Virus record (IMG/VR): IMGVR_UViG_3300024502_000002
Coordinates: 1 to 63,641 of that record
Strand: one strand, 5' to 3'
Length of the DNA stretch: 63,641 bases
Origin: a virus
Lineage: Duplodnaviria > Caudoviricetes
In this document: positions 1-8,833 of the stretch, in pieces
How positions within the stretch are numbered: the first letter of the stretch is position 1
How the letters are laid out: every line of letters starts with the position of its first letter
Translations under genes and position numbers: made by a program
The notes under the pieces: model-generated
Told to the model about the DNA's origin: nothing
Seen by the model: the letters and a program-made list of their open reading frames with translations, nothing else
The model's database searches: none

Positions 1-127
1 GGGTGATTTCAAATGGATCAATCAGCCAGCCACGGAGACGAAGTAACTTATGACCTACGAAGAACAAACCCTAGAGGACGCCATCATCGAAGGACTCCAC
101 GAATCCGTGTTCAACCCTGAGAGGGCC
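1..127. repeat. Terminal direct repeat, copy 1 (circular assembly overlap)
   Basis: 1-127 is identical to 63515-63641; 127 is a common assembler k-mer length. Confidence 0.95.
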
Positions 128-277
128 GCACGTTTGATCCGGCGCAATCTTGACCAAGGCATCGCCTGCAAATACGTCGTGGACTTTTACAAGACTGAGG
201 CCGGAATGATCGTCATGGAGACGAACCTGCACACCAAGGTTGAGCCTAAGAAGCTGGGGAGGAGGGTTGTGGTGTGA
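50..277 (+). CDS. Hypothetical protein
   Basis: 75-aa ORF continuing the + strand operon across the contig junction (TAACTTATG after the stop of 63282..63560). Confidence 0.7.
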   Translation: MTYEEQTLEDAIIEGLHESVFNPERAARLIRRNLDQGIACKYVVDFYKTEAGMIVMETNLHTKVEPKKLGRRVVV

Positions 278-469
278 TTACCTCATCTCCTCCACCCACC
301 GAACCATGATCGGCGTGACGCCCGGATTGTCGCCATCGTGCATTGAGCAGCCTTTCGGGCACTCGATGAACCACACGCCGTCAAAGCCAATGTGAGGCCG
401 CTCCTTGTGCTGGCGGCAGACAGGGGCGGTTTTGTTGAAGTCCTGCATGAGGTGTTCGATTGGGGTCAT
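278..469 (-). CDS. Hypothetical protein (Cys/His motifs)
   Basis: ATGA overlap with the endolysin stop. Confidence 0.6.
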   Translation of the reverse strand: MTPIEHLMQDFNKTAPVCRQHKERPHIGFDGVWFIECPKGCSMHDGDNPGVTPIMVRWVEEMR

Positions 470-1029
470 TGTGTAGCTTGGAAGTGCATACTATCGCGAC
501 TCCAGAAAGCTCCTGCTGGCATCCACCCATCCTTGGCAAAGATTTCCATCACCTCAAGGGGCATGGTGGCTCGCGTAGGCCAAGGAACCAGATTGCCATT
601 GTCATCAGGATCAAGGTCAACAGCGGCTCCACGGGCATGCAAGCTAGGCAGGCTTCCTCCACGCATTTTGCGGTTGTTGAAGCATCCAGCATACTTTTCC
701 AAGATGCGCTTGTGTGGCGAGGCAGCAATGGCCTCCAGAATGCGCCTTAAACTCGCCGCCACCTTCTTGTGGCATCGGATGATCTTGACGGGCTTGCCAT
801 CGTAAAAAATGCCCAAATCAGCAACAGCGAGCGGCGTCAGTTGAGACTCATCACCCGGTTCGCCATAGAACTTGGTAAGGCTGGCTTGATCCGTCTTGGG
901 CCAAGGATTCGTTTTCGGCATCAGCTTACGCAAGTAGGCTTGGCAGGCGGCGATGCTTTTCGGACCCCAAAAACCATCTGGTTCGACGCCGATTTTGCTC
1001 TGGATTTTCTTGATGTCGTTCTGGTTCAT
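466..1029 (-). CDS. Endolysin, M15 family peptidase with N-terminal peptidoglycan-binding segment
   Basis: IQSKIGVEPDGFWGPKS PG-binding motif; SLHARGAAVDLD and DSMHFQ zinc-peptidase motifs. Confidence 0.9.
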   Translation of the reverse strand: MNQNDIKKIQSKIGVEPDGFWGPKSIAACQAYLRKLMPKTNPWPKTDQASLTKFYGEPGDESQLTPLAVADLGIFYDGKPVKIIRCHKKVAASLRRILEAIAASPHKRILEKYAGCFNNRKMRGGSLPSLHARGAAVDLDPDDNGNLVPWPTRATMPLEVMEIFAKDGWMPAGAFWSRDSMHFQATQ

Positions 1030-1127
1030 ACGTCTTGATTAAAAATGATGATAAGACCCCAAATGGTAAGCGCAACCGCCGTGAAGAGTAGGCCGCAAAA
1101 CATAGCTGGTGGAAATTCTGCAATCAT
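1026..1127 (-). CDS. Small single-pass membrane protein (33 aa)
   Basis: MIAEFPPAMFCGLLFTAVALTIWGLIIIFNQDV; ATGA-coupled to both neighbours. Confidence 0.5.
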   Translation of the reverse strand: MIAEFPPAMFCGLLFTAVALTIWGLIIIFNQDV

Positions 1128-1381
1128 GGCTCCATGTCCTCCTCGATCATTCGTGCTTTGTGCTTGTGAAGGAACTCTGCCATATCGGTGCTTAGTTTGT
1201 CCACCACTTCCTCGGGAAGTGCCCATTCCCATTCGTGAAGGAACTCATGGATGAGAATGCGGAGGTGGGGCTTCCCACGAAGGCGGTCGTCAATCTCAAT
1301 TCGTCCGTTTCCATGAGCAAGCCCGAGAGCACGATGTCTCCCGAGCTTGCGACGTAGAACGGTAATGGAGCTTGGTTTCAC
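1124..1381 (-). CDS. Small HExxH zincin-like protein
   Basis: GRIEID...LIHEFLH...EEVV motif. Confidence 0.7.
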   Translation of the reverse strand: MKPSSITVLRRKLGRHRALGLAHGNGRIEIDDRLRGKPHLRILIHEFLHEWEWALPEEVVDKLSTDMAEFLHKHKARMIEEDMEP

Positions 1382-1779
1382 TTACTTCTCAGCTTGGCAA
1401 CCATTGTTGCATTTGCGCCGTTGACACGTTTGGCGATGTAGCTGTTGTTTTTACCCTTATGGCGTTCAATGGCTGCCAAAATGCGATCTTCGAGGGACAT
1501 TCCCTGAAACCGGGCCGCTTCGCCTTGCTTGGGGGCTTCTTTGCTTTCATCGGATTTCTGACGGTAGCAACGCACCCGGACCGTCATCCGGCGCTTCATG
1601 TCCCAAACTGGAAACTCTTGCGTCTCGAAAGCTCCTGATGTCAGACCACCCTTGAGCAGATCGTGAACGCGCTCTGGAGAGCATTGAAGCTCGGCTGCGA
1701 TCTTGTCTTTGGTGTCCCAACCTGCTGGAATGCTGAACTTCTGGACGTTGATTTTATCGACTGCTTTTTGCCAATTCAT
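1378..1779 (-). CDS. Hypothetical protein, possible HTH
   Basis: Likely start MNWQKA; IAAELQCSPERV helix-turn-helix-like segment. Confidence 0.6.
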   Translation of the reverse strand: MNWQKAVDKINVQKFSIPAGWDTKDKIAAELQCSPERVHDLLKGGLTSGAFETQEFPVWDMKRRMTVRVRCYRQKSDESKEAPKQGEAARFQGMSLEDRILAAIERHKGKNNSYIAKRVNGANATMVAKLRSK

Positions 1780-1945
1780 AGTGTGGTTTGCGTGGTTTAT
1801 GGTCTTGTTATTGCGTTGTAGATTGACACCGAGATAAAAATCAACGGTGTCAAAATTAGTAGAACTTCCCACCATTCGAGAGGCTCTTGTGGCTCCTCGT
1901 CAGGATCGTAATCGTTGGGGGAATTTGGAAATCCTTCAAACATTG

Positions 1946-2941
1946 TTATACGAAGATCGGGAAGGTGACTGTTCTTCCGTAGCGTTTGTCGAAGATGAAT
2001 CCCGTTTGGGATGGTGGCTCGTATGGGGCTTTGATGACAACCGAGTAGGCGTTGTATCCAATCAAACTCCCATTGCAAATCCACTTCGGGTTCTGCTGGC
2101 TCTGATGCCAATGACCAAAGATGTCGAGGTCTGCCTGAACACCCTTATTCCAAGACGCGATGGCTTTCTCAACTGGGATGGTCAAGCCACCAACGCCACC
2201 TTGATATTGCAAGCCGTCTCCGTGGTGAATACGGAGAGTCTTGCCGTAGAGGTCAAGAAGCAGGTGGTAGCCATCGGAAACGTGCCATTCGGCCTTGCTG
2301 CCCATGTGCTTCGCCATCGTTTTGTAGAGCATCCACTCGTAGGAATTGGCGGCACCTGTGGCATGTCGTGGTTTGCGCGTGTTGCGACCATGATTTCCAT
2401 AGACACATGGAATTACTATCTCTCCGAAGTGTTTTGACAAAAGCTCAACCCCACTAGCAATCTGATCTTGAAGCCACAGAACCGTCTGTGTGGGCGACAG
2501 GGCGTTGTTCTCCATCAGTTCCTCATGGATATAACCCGTCATCAAATCGCCTCCCAAAACGAGCACAAGGCGGTCAATTTTGGCTCCGTGACGCTGAATC
2601 TCAGCCATTCGGACAATGGATTGCCAGAAACGATTGATGCGCTGCTCGGCGATGTCCAGATTGAACTCGTTTAGATTGTTGATTGTCTTGCCCTCAACTG
2701 TCTCTTCAACGTGCCAGTCGGACGCCACGGCTACAAAAGTGGCCTCGCCGTCTGCTAATGGAGAAACCTTGATCTTAGATGGCCTTGGCTTTTCCGAACA
2801 AATACCAAGAGCTGTATTAAGCTGCTGGTCTTTTTCCGAGATGATGGCTAAGAGGTTTTTACGCTCGGTTTCAAAGTCAGCCACGGTCTTTTTGTGGCGA
2901 ATTTCCTGTGTTTCGTGAACGGCGGTTGACCAGTTTTTCAT
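1946..2941 (-). CDS. Calcineurin-like metallophosphoesterase
   Basis: SDWH, GGDLMTG, GNHG, HHGD and FGHWH motifs. Confidence 0.88.
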   Translation of the reverse strand: MKNWSTAVHETQEIRHKKTVADFETERKNLLAIISEKDQQLNTALGICSEKPRPSKIKVSPLADGEATFVAVASDWHVEETVEGKTINNLNEFNLDIAEQRINRFWQSIVRMAEIQRHGAKIDRLVLVLGGDLMTGYIHEELMENNALSPTQTVLWLQDQIASGVELLSKHFGEIVIPCVYGNHGRNTRKPRHATGAANSYEWMLYKTMAKHMGSKAEWHVSDGYHLLLDLYGKTLRIHHGDGLQYQGGVGGLTIPVEKAIASWNKGVQADLDIFGHWHQSQQNPKWICNGSLIGYNAYSVVIKAPYEPPSQTGFIFDKRYGRTVTFPIFV

Positions 2942-2942
2942 A

Positions 2943-3170
2943 TTATTTTTGGTTAAGGGCTTCTTGAACGCGCTTCATGTAAAGGTCAGCCGAATACCAA
3001 CGCTCGTTCACCTGAGCCTTGTAAAGGCCGTTCTTGGTCTGGATGGTCGTTCCAGCCTCAATCTCCAGTGTGTCGGGACTGAAGAGTTGCATTGAGTTGG
3101 CGACGGTAGGCGAGGTTTGAGCGCAGCCTGTCAGCAATACTGCGATCAAGAGGAGTGCCTTTGTTTTCAT
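2943..3170 (-). CDS. Lipoprotein, o-spanin-like
   Basis: Signal peptide with lipobox LLTGC; overlaps the 3' end of the preceding membrane-anchored ORF. Confidence 0.6.
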   Translation of the reverse strand: MKTKALLLIAVLLTGCAQTSPTVANSMQLFSPDTLEIEAGTTIQTKNGLYKAQVNERWYSADLYMKRVQEALNQK

Positions 3171-3297
3171 GGTCGATGATCTTTTCAGTGAGGTTCTCGC
3201 ATTCCTTTGTCACCTGCCATTGGAGCCACAAAGGAAAAGCCTTCGCGAGGGACGCAAAGGCTTCGAAAGCGGCAGTAATGGCGGCTAAGATGGTCAT
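3058..3297 (-). CDS. Membrane-anchored protein, i-spanin-like
   Basis: Hydrophobic N-terminus plus helical C-terminus overlapping the lipoprotein gene. Confidence 0.5.
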   Translation of the reverse strand: MTILAAITAAFEAFASLAKAFPLWLQWQVTKECENLTEKIIDHENKGTPLDRSIADRLRSNLAYRRQLNATLQSRHTGD

Positions 3298-3479
3298 TCC
3301 GGCTTCTTGTCGGTGACGTTGAGGCCAACGTGGCGAAGCAGACCAACGATCTTTTCGAGGATCGTGTCATCCTTCGGAGTCGGCGTGAGCTTCACAATGA
3401 TGCGAGCGCCACCCATAATGAGGCCGATTGCAGCGCCGATTTCAACCCAGTGAGAGGAGATGTAGGTGATAATACTCAT
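3294..3479 (-). CDS. Holin-like membrane protein
   Basis: TM helix followed by LTPTPKDD motif common in small phage holin-like proteins. Confidence 0.6.
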   Translation of the reverse strand: MSIITYISSHWVEIGAAIGLIMGGARIIVKLTPTPKDDTILEKIVGLLRHVGLNVTDKKPE

Positions 3480-3934
3480 GGTGAGGTAACCTTACGTTTA
3501 TGATTTTGATGTGTCAAGTCGTCGTTTTTGGAAGCCTTGGAAGCTCCTTTGAGGGCATCAAGAGACAGGTTTTGGAAATCCCTGAGAGAGTTCTTTTGAT
3601 CCTCCTGAAGGTCTTTAATCCCCTTTTCAATATCCTTGAGCAGCTTCGTAAGCTCATCCAAACAATCAGCAAACCTGTTCATTGTGGACAGCCCCTTTCC
3701 CCACACCGCCCGGAGAATGAGGGCGATGAACGTAGCAAGGGCAACAATGAAGAGAATCAACACGACATGCAGAGGTTGAAGGGCTAGTTCTTCCGGCGAA
3801 ATCACGGCGATTTTAGCATAACATCCGTATGCTGTCGTGGCGATTATTCCTAACCCAGAGATGAAAGCTCCGGTGATCTGGTATGCCAAGGCCACAGGTA
3901 GGTCAAAATGATGGGGGTCAATGGGTATCCTCAT
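3476..3934 (-). CDS. Two-TM membrane protein with coiled coil (holin/antiholin-like)
   Basis: Likely start MRIPID; two hydrophobic segments; lies between tail fibre and lysis genes. Confidence 0.55.
   Translation of the reverse strand: MRIPIDPHHFDLPVALAYQITGAFISGLGIIATTAYGCYAKIAVISPEELALQPLHVVLILFIVALATFIALILRAVWGKGLSTMNRFADCLDELTKLLKDIEKGIKDLQEDQKNSLRDFQNLSLDALKGASKASKNDDLTHQNHKRKVTSP
3489..3517 (-). promoter_or_regulatory. Sigma70-type promoter TTGACA-N17-TAAGGT for the lysis genes
   Basis: Member of a repeated promoter class, 10 nt upstream of ATG 3479. Confidence 0.65.
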
Positions 3935-3986
3935 GGTATTTTTGACTATTGTTGGGTTAACCTTTCCGTGTGAAAAAAGGGGATTT

Positions 3987-4373
3987 TCATGGGGTGGATG
4001 TGATTTCGGTTTTTCGTTGCTCTGAAATAATGCCAAGCTCGACAAGTTTGCTGAGTCCCATGACGACGCGGGGATCATCGGCATGGACGGCGGAAAGCCA
4101 AGTGGTTAGCTCAAAACGAAGGGTTGCGATGGTTGGGTCTTCCGATAGGGCAATTTGAGCCTTTTCTGGCATCGTGAACTCCGCCATGAAATCCTCCACA
4201 TTGAGCCACTTTTTAACCTGTTGCTCGAATTCAGCGTCCACCCATTCATTAAGGGTCCGAAGCCTTTCATCATCACTCATGGCAACAGGCTCGCCGTTCA
4301 CCATCTTAATCATGGTGGAGTAACGGGGATCGGCCAAAAGGTCCGCTAGAATCTGTTCTTTAGTTTTCATCAT
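3987..4373 (-). CDS. Hypothetical protein, possible tail fibre accessory protein
   Basis: Coupled to the tail fibre stop. Confidence 0.6.
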   Translation of the reverse strand: MMKTKEQILADLLADPRYSTMIKMVNGEPVAMSDDERLRTLNEWVDAEFEQQVKKWLNVEDFMAEFTMPEKAQIALSEDPTIATLRFELTTWLSAVHADDPRVVMGLSKLVELGIISEQRKTEITSTP

Positions 4374-7303
4374 TCAGTCCACCCAAATAGGCGAATTTTG
4401 CCAGAAGTGAAAGTTCCAACGCTCCAAAAGAGACGAATAGCATTGACTACCGCTGCCGAATCACGAACACCACTTCCGATGATGATGTTGGATGCTGCGG
4501 ATGACCAAACCTGACCTAGCAAGTTCCATTTACAAAAAGTCTTCTTTGTAGAGGCCAGCGGGTCGTAAAACTCGACCTCTCCCCACAGTCCGACAGTGCT
4601 TTTACCAACGGTGGCGGATGCTTGAAACTGAATGTAAGTCCCGGTGGTTTGAACCGGCCCATACGTCCCCAGCGGACCGTAGGCGTAACCGTAGTTTGCC
4701 GAGCCGCTGTCAAACGAACTACCGCCGTTTGAAGAGGTCTGCATTCGGAGAATGAAATTTAGATCAGATGAGCCAATAACGTCCTCAAATTGGAGCATGT
4801 AGTTCCGGTAGCTGCCGCTAAATGAGAAGTCGATATTGGTTGGACTACCACTGATGGTTGTGGTGGAGATGAGAACCCAATTACCGCCACCGCTGCCACT
4901 GGCACTGAGTGTCGTTCCACTCATGGAAAGGCCAGAGCCAAGGGTGATTTCCTCAAAGTCTCCCCCGCCAGATGCCGAGCCACGCCCAAGGAGCTTGGAT
5001 GCTGCGGAGGCCTGCGCCAGATTCGAGAGAGGCAAATCGCCCGTCACATCGGTTGTCAGGTCAATCAGGCCGCGAGTGATCGTCTGCCCGCTGATGGTGA
5101 TGTAGTCTGGAGTGCCGGAAAGGCTTACGTCGCCAGAGTTGCTTCCAGAAAGAGTTCCACTTGCTCCATCCGCAATGGTGATTCCGCTGTTTTGTATCAG
5201 TTTACCAGTTGTGGAATCAAACCGGACAATCGCATTGTCGGTGGCGGATGCAGGACCAACCACATCGCCAGAACCACTAGCTGTTGAGTTGATCGTGATG
5301 GAATCTGTGGATGCGTCGGTAGTGATGGTAATGTTGCTGCCAGCCACCAAGGTCAAAGTGTCGCTGGTTGAGTCTGCAACCACATTGCTTTGGCCACTTA
5401 CCGCAAAGGTAGAAAAGACATTTTGGTCGCCCGAGTTTGTCCCGCTCAAATCAAGCGTGGTCTTCATCGTGGCGGCATCGACTCCTAGCTGAATGGTGCC
5501 GCTGCTGGTTATCGGAGAGCCTGAATCGACTTGGATACCATCGGTTCCGCTGATTGCCACGCTGGTAACACCGGGAGATGGCAAGTAGGCTCCAAGGGTG
5601 TTGCCGGTCAGATACAACCCGGTGCCCACAGTGATTTCCGTAACGGCTGCGCTGGAATCATTTGAGCCAAGCAGGATGGCCGATCCTGACAGGTCCTCAA
5701 GATTCGAGATCGGGAGCTGACCAGTCACATCGGTTGACAGGTCAATTTGCTGCATCTCAATTTGTTGGTCCGTAATGGAGAGATAATCGTAACCCACCGA
5801 AAACAATGTTACATCGCCACTATTTGTGCCAGCGAGGTCGAGCGTCGTTTTCATCGTCGCCGCATCCACGCCAAGCTGAATCGTGCCAGAGGTCGTGATG
5901 GGTGAACCAGAGTCCACCTGAATGCCGTCTGTGCCCGAGATGGCAACGCTGGTGACTGTGCCGGAGCCTCCGCCGCCAGAACCGTTTGCAGCGGCAGTGA
6001 TGCGACCTTTTGAATCCACCGTGATATTGGCAGATGTGTAGCTGCCGGGGGTTACGGCGGTATTTGCCAGCGTCAAAGCCCCAGTATTTGCCAAGGTGGC
6101 ATCACCAGAGATAGACTTGTTCTCGAAGACCGTTCCTGCCGCGTTTGCGACAAGAATTTGGCCGGAAGAAAGGCTGGTGATTGTAACACCTTCGTCGTCC
6201 TTGATATTGCTGCCAAGAGTGGGTCGGATGAAAAAAGTCCCGTTGCTCGCGTGGGCGCTGACAACAGCCAGAACTTGAATGTGCGGATTGGGTGCCGCTG
6301 GCTGAGTCTTGGTCAGGTATCCAGTCGTTGTGGAGGCATAGATGATCTGTCCGTCAGCCCAAGACTCGCCGTAGTTGCCTCCGTTGGTTTGAATGCCACG
6401 GAGCTTGCCAAAAGCGATGACAAAGCCTTCCTCGCCGTTGCTGAGTTCTTCAGCGGTCAGGCCCATGAAGTAGGTGGATGGACCCGTGCCATTCCAAGGC
6501 TGGATAAGCAGCTTGCCGCTGTTGCCATCCGTCCCGCTGAACATGACGGGGACACCTTTGGCAATCGTGGAGCCAGTGCTGTTTTTGACGTGGTAAACGA
6601 CATGCTCGCCAACATGGAGGGCAAATCCGTTAAGCTGAATATCCAGCGTTTCCTCGCCGTTGTTCCACATCATCTGTCCTTGCGTGGACAGCGATCCAGA
6701 TGGCGTCGTGTCCATTGCGATGCTGTTCACGTTCGCAAGGTCGCCAGTGTCAGATTCGGTGATTTGGCCGTTTTGAACCAGTTTCCCAGTCGTTCCGTCG
6801 AAGCGGACCAGAGCATTGTCTGTCGAGGATGCCGGACCAACGACATCGCCACTTCCGGTCGCAGTAATGGTGGTGCCAGTAATCGACAGGCCACTACCAA
6901 CTGTAAGCGAGGTAAGTTTGCTTTGAGATTCGTCCCAAAACACCAGTTTGTCTGAACCTTGATCGTCTGCCGAGATAGCCTGACCAGTGATGGTGAGAAT
7001 GTCTGTAACCGTTGAGTCCAGCGTCACATCGCCTGTATTCGTGCCAGAAAGCGTGCCAGACGCGCCATCGGCAATCGTGATGCCGCTGTTTTGGATGACC
7101 TTGCCGCTCGTCCCATCAAAACGGACAATCTGGTTGTCGAGGGACAGGCTGGAAGAGGTGACATCGCCTGTTCCGCTTACAGGAGTTGAGACATCCACGG
7201 TGATGCTTGGAGCGGCCTCGCCAATGTTCACGATCACATCGCCCGTATCCGTAACCTGCACAGTTGGGGATGTGTCTCCGGTGACGGTGATATTCGGCGT
7301 CAT
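4370..7303 (-). CDS. Tail fibre protein with internal repeats
   Basis: 977 aa, G/S/T-rich; repeated DNxxVRFDxTxGK, VTSVAISGTDG and IDLxTDVTGxLP modules; PGSYTSANITVDSKGRITAA fibre motif. Confidence 0.85.
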   Translation of the reverse strand: MTPNITVTGDTSPTVQVTDTGDVIVNIGEAAPSITVDVSTPVSGTGDVTSSSLSLDNQIVRFDGTSGKVIQNSGITIADGASGTLSGTNTGDVTLDSTVTDILTITGQAISADDQGSDKLVFWDESQSKLTSLTVGSGLSITGTTITATGSGDVVGPASSTDNALVRFDGTTGKLVQNGQITESDTGDLANVNSIAMDTTPSGSLSTQGQMMWNNGEETLDIQLNGFALHVGEHVVYHVKNSTGSTIAKGVPVMFSGTDGNSGKLLIQPWNGTGPSTYFMGLTAEELSNGEEGFVIAFGKLRGIQTNGGNYGESWADGQIIYASTTTGYLTKTQPAAPNPHIQVLAVVSAHASNGTFFIRPTLGSNIKDDEGVTITSLSSGQILVANAAGTVFENKSISGDATLANTGALTLANTAVTPGSYTSANITVDSKGRITAAANGSGGGGSGTVTSVAISGTDGIQVDSGSPITTSGTIQLGVDAATMKTTLDLAGTNSGDVTLFSVGYDYLSITDQQIEMQQIDLSTDVTGQLPISNLEDLSGSAILLGSNDSSAAVTEITVGTGLYLTGNTLGAYLPSPGVTSVAISGTDGIQVDSGSPITSSGTIQLGVDAATMKTTLDLSGTNSGDQNVFSTFAVSGQSNVVADSTSDTLTLVAGSNITITTDASTDSITINSTASGSGDVVGPASATDNAIVRFDSTTGKLIQNSGITIADGASGTLSGSNSGDVSLSGTPDYITISGQTITRGLIDLTTDVTGDLPLSNLAQASAASKLLGRGSASGGGDFEEITLGSGLSMSGTTLSASGSGGGNWVLISTTTISGSPTNIDFSFSGSYRNYMLQFEDVIGSSDLNFILRMQTSSNGGSSFDSGSANYGYAYGPLGTYGPVQTTGTYIQFQASATVGKSTVGLWGEVEFYDPLASTKKTFCKWNLLGQVWSSAASNIIIGSGVRDSAAVVNAIRLFWSVGTFTSGKIRLFGWTE

Positions 7304-7668
7304 GTCGTGGTCGTGTAGTTGTTGAGGACTTCTGCGGTTCCTTCGAGGTAGGTCTGAACGTAAGCCGGAGATGAATCATCGGAAGCCTCAATCTGCCAGA
7401 TGTATTTGCCGACAGGAAGTGAATACCGCCCCGGATTGATGGTAAACGTCCAGTTTGCGGCATCTGTGATGGTGATGTCAGCATTGTCCGTCGTAAGCTC
7501 CAAGGCGGGGACGGTGTTTGTGGGGCTCACTTTGAAGCCCATCTTTACCGACGCCAAATCACCCGGAGCAAGGGGGTTTTGGATAACAATGCTCGAAAAG
7601 CCGTTCCAAGTGTCGCCCGACACCCAGACAACCATTGCGTTGACATCTGGTGATACTCCGGGGCGCAT
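7300..7668 (-). CDS. Tail or baseplate accessory protein (BppU-N-like beta sandwich)
   Basis: GDTW...GKYIWQIE...TYLEGTAEV pattern; directly upstream of the fibre. Confidence 0.6.
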   Translation of the reverse strand: MRPGVSPDVNAMVVWVSGDTWNGFSSIVIQNPLAPGDLASVKMGFKVSPTNTVPALELTTDNADITITDAANWTFTINPGRYSLPVGKYIWQIEASDDSSPAYVQTYLEGTAEVLNNYTTTT

Positions 7669-7677
7669 AATAACTGA

Positions 7678-8214
7678 TTAGGTTTTGATGATGAAGTTTA
7701 TAACCAGAGAAGGCTGAATGTTGCCGGGATTGGCAGTTGGCGCGTAGTTAACGCCGGTCAACGCGTTGAAATCTGATCCAGATGTCGCTCCGCTTGAGTT
7801 TGTTTCCAAAGTATTTGGGTTCTCGTCGCCAATAGCCTCGGCAAGGGTGTCAAATGTTCCTGATGAGGATTTGCCAACTGGCGCTCTCCCTTGAAAGTCG
7901 GGCAGATTGAAAGTAGTGGATGAATCTCCAGCGCCGTAAGTTGTTCCAATAACTGCAAAGAGGTCTGCGTAGGTTGTTCGACTTACAGCAGCGCCATCAC
8001 AAATCAGCCAGCCACTAGGGGCGGTATTGGTAAACCACAGCTTACCTTCGCCAGTTGTGGCTGATGCGGAACCTCCAGTGGAGATGTTGCCAAGAGCTAC
8101 AACAAGCTGCTGAAGCAGTGGAACGATGTCGTAGGCGATGAAACCGTTGGGAGTGCCAAGGTTATTGAGCGCCGTCTGAATCTTTTCGGCTGAAGCAACA
8201 GGGGAAACAGTCAT
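7678..8214 (-). CDS. Phage tail collar domain protein
   Basis: APSGWLICDGAAVSRTTYADLFAVIGTTYGAGD...FNLPDFQGR and QPSLVINFIIK. Confidence 0.92.
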   Translation of the reverse strand: MTVSPVASAEKIQTALNNLGTPNGFIAYDIVPLLQQLVVALGNISTGGSASATTGEGKLWFTNTAPSGWLICDGAAVSRTTYADLFAVIGTTYGAGDSSTTFNLPDFQGRAPVGKSSSGTFDTLAEAIGDENPNTLETNSSGATSGSDFNALTGVNYAPTANPGNIQPSLVINFIIKT

Positions 8215-8217
8215 GGG

Positions 8218-8355
8218 TTAAATGAGGTTGGCCGCCAGAACGACAGCTTGTTGAAGAAGAGGCACGATGTCATACGCAACAAAGCCGTTCGGCGTGCCGA
8301 GGGCGTTCATCGCGTTTTGAATCGCAGTAGTTGAACCAACAGGTGAGACAGTCAT
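8218..8355 (-). CDS. 45-aa protein, paralogue of the collar protein N-terminus (not in ORF track)
   Basis: MTVSPVGSTTAIQNAMNALGTPNGFVAYDIVPLLQQAVVLAANLI; ATGA-coupled to 8352..8750. Confidence 0.8.
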   Translation of the reverse strand: MTVSPVGSTTAIQNAMNALGTPNGFVAYDIVPLLQQAVVLAANLI

Positions 8356-8750
8356 GCGTGCATTTTTTGGCGGAATTTGCGAATCGAGGCCATCAGTCCT
8401 TCGCCTTCGTCATCTTCCTCGCCGCCTGTTTCGCGGAAGGTTTCGTTGGCGTCCTCGTCAGATTCTTCATCGGCGTAGGTCTTTCCAGACTCCTCGCCGG
8501 TTTCCTCCTCAGTTTCCATTGCCTGTTCCGGCTCTTCGGTTTCCATCGCGGGTTCAGGTTCGGAGGCAAATTCAAACCCGTCAGCCGAGTGAAGATGAAG
8601 CTGGTCGCCAACTTTCTTGGCCTTGACCATGATTTCAAATTCTTCGCCGTCCTTTTTGTTTTCGGGGACTTTGAAGCCGTTCGGGACGGGGATCAGAACT
8701 CCACCCATTTCGGAGGGTTCGTCAGAGAGGGAAAGGGAGGGGAGTTTCAT
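8352..8750 (-). CDS. Acidic hypothetical protein downstream of MCP
   Basis: Glu-rich 132-aa ORF. Confidence 0.7.
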   Translation of the reverse strand: MKLPSLSLSDEPSEMGGVLIPVPNGFKVPENKKDGEEFEIMVKAKKVGDQLHLHSADGFEFASEPEPAMETEEPEQAMETEEETGEESGKTYADEESDEDANETFRETGGEEDDEGEGLMASIRKFRQKMHA

Positions 8751-8784
8751 AAAATTGAGTTAAGCGTTTGCAGTGAATTTGCAA

Positions 8785-8822
8785 GGAAAACCGGCCCCAC
8801 CTCGACTTGAGGCAGGGCCGGT
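8785..8822 (-). terminator. Intrinsic terminator after MCP
   Basis: ACCGGCCCTGCCTC-AAGTC-GAGGTGGGGCCGGT followed by TTTCC on the minus strand. Confidence 0.75.
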
Positions 8823-8833
8823 ATGAGAGCTAA

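Noticed and set aside
4370-7303. Diversity-generating retroelement in the tail fibre
   Set aside because: No reverse transcriptase in the genome; repeat differences are not adenine-specific
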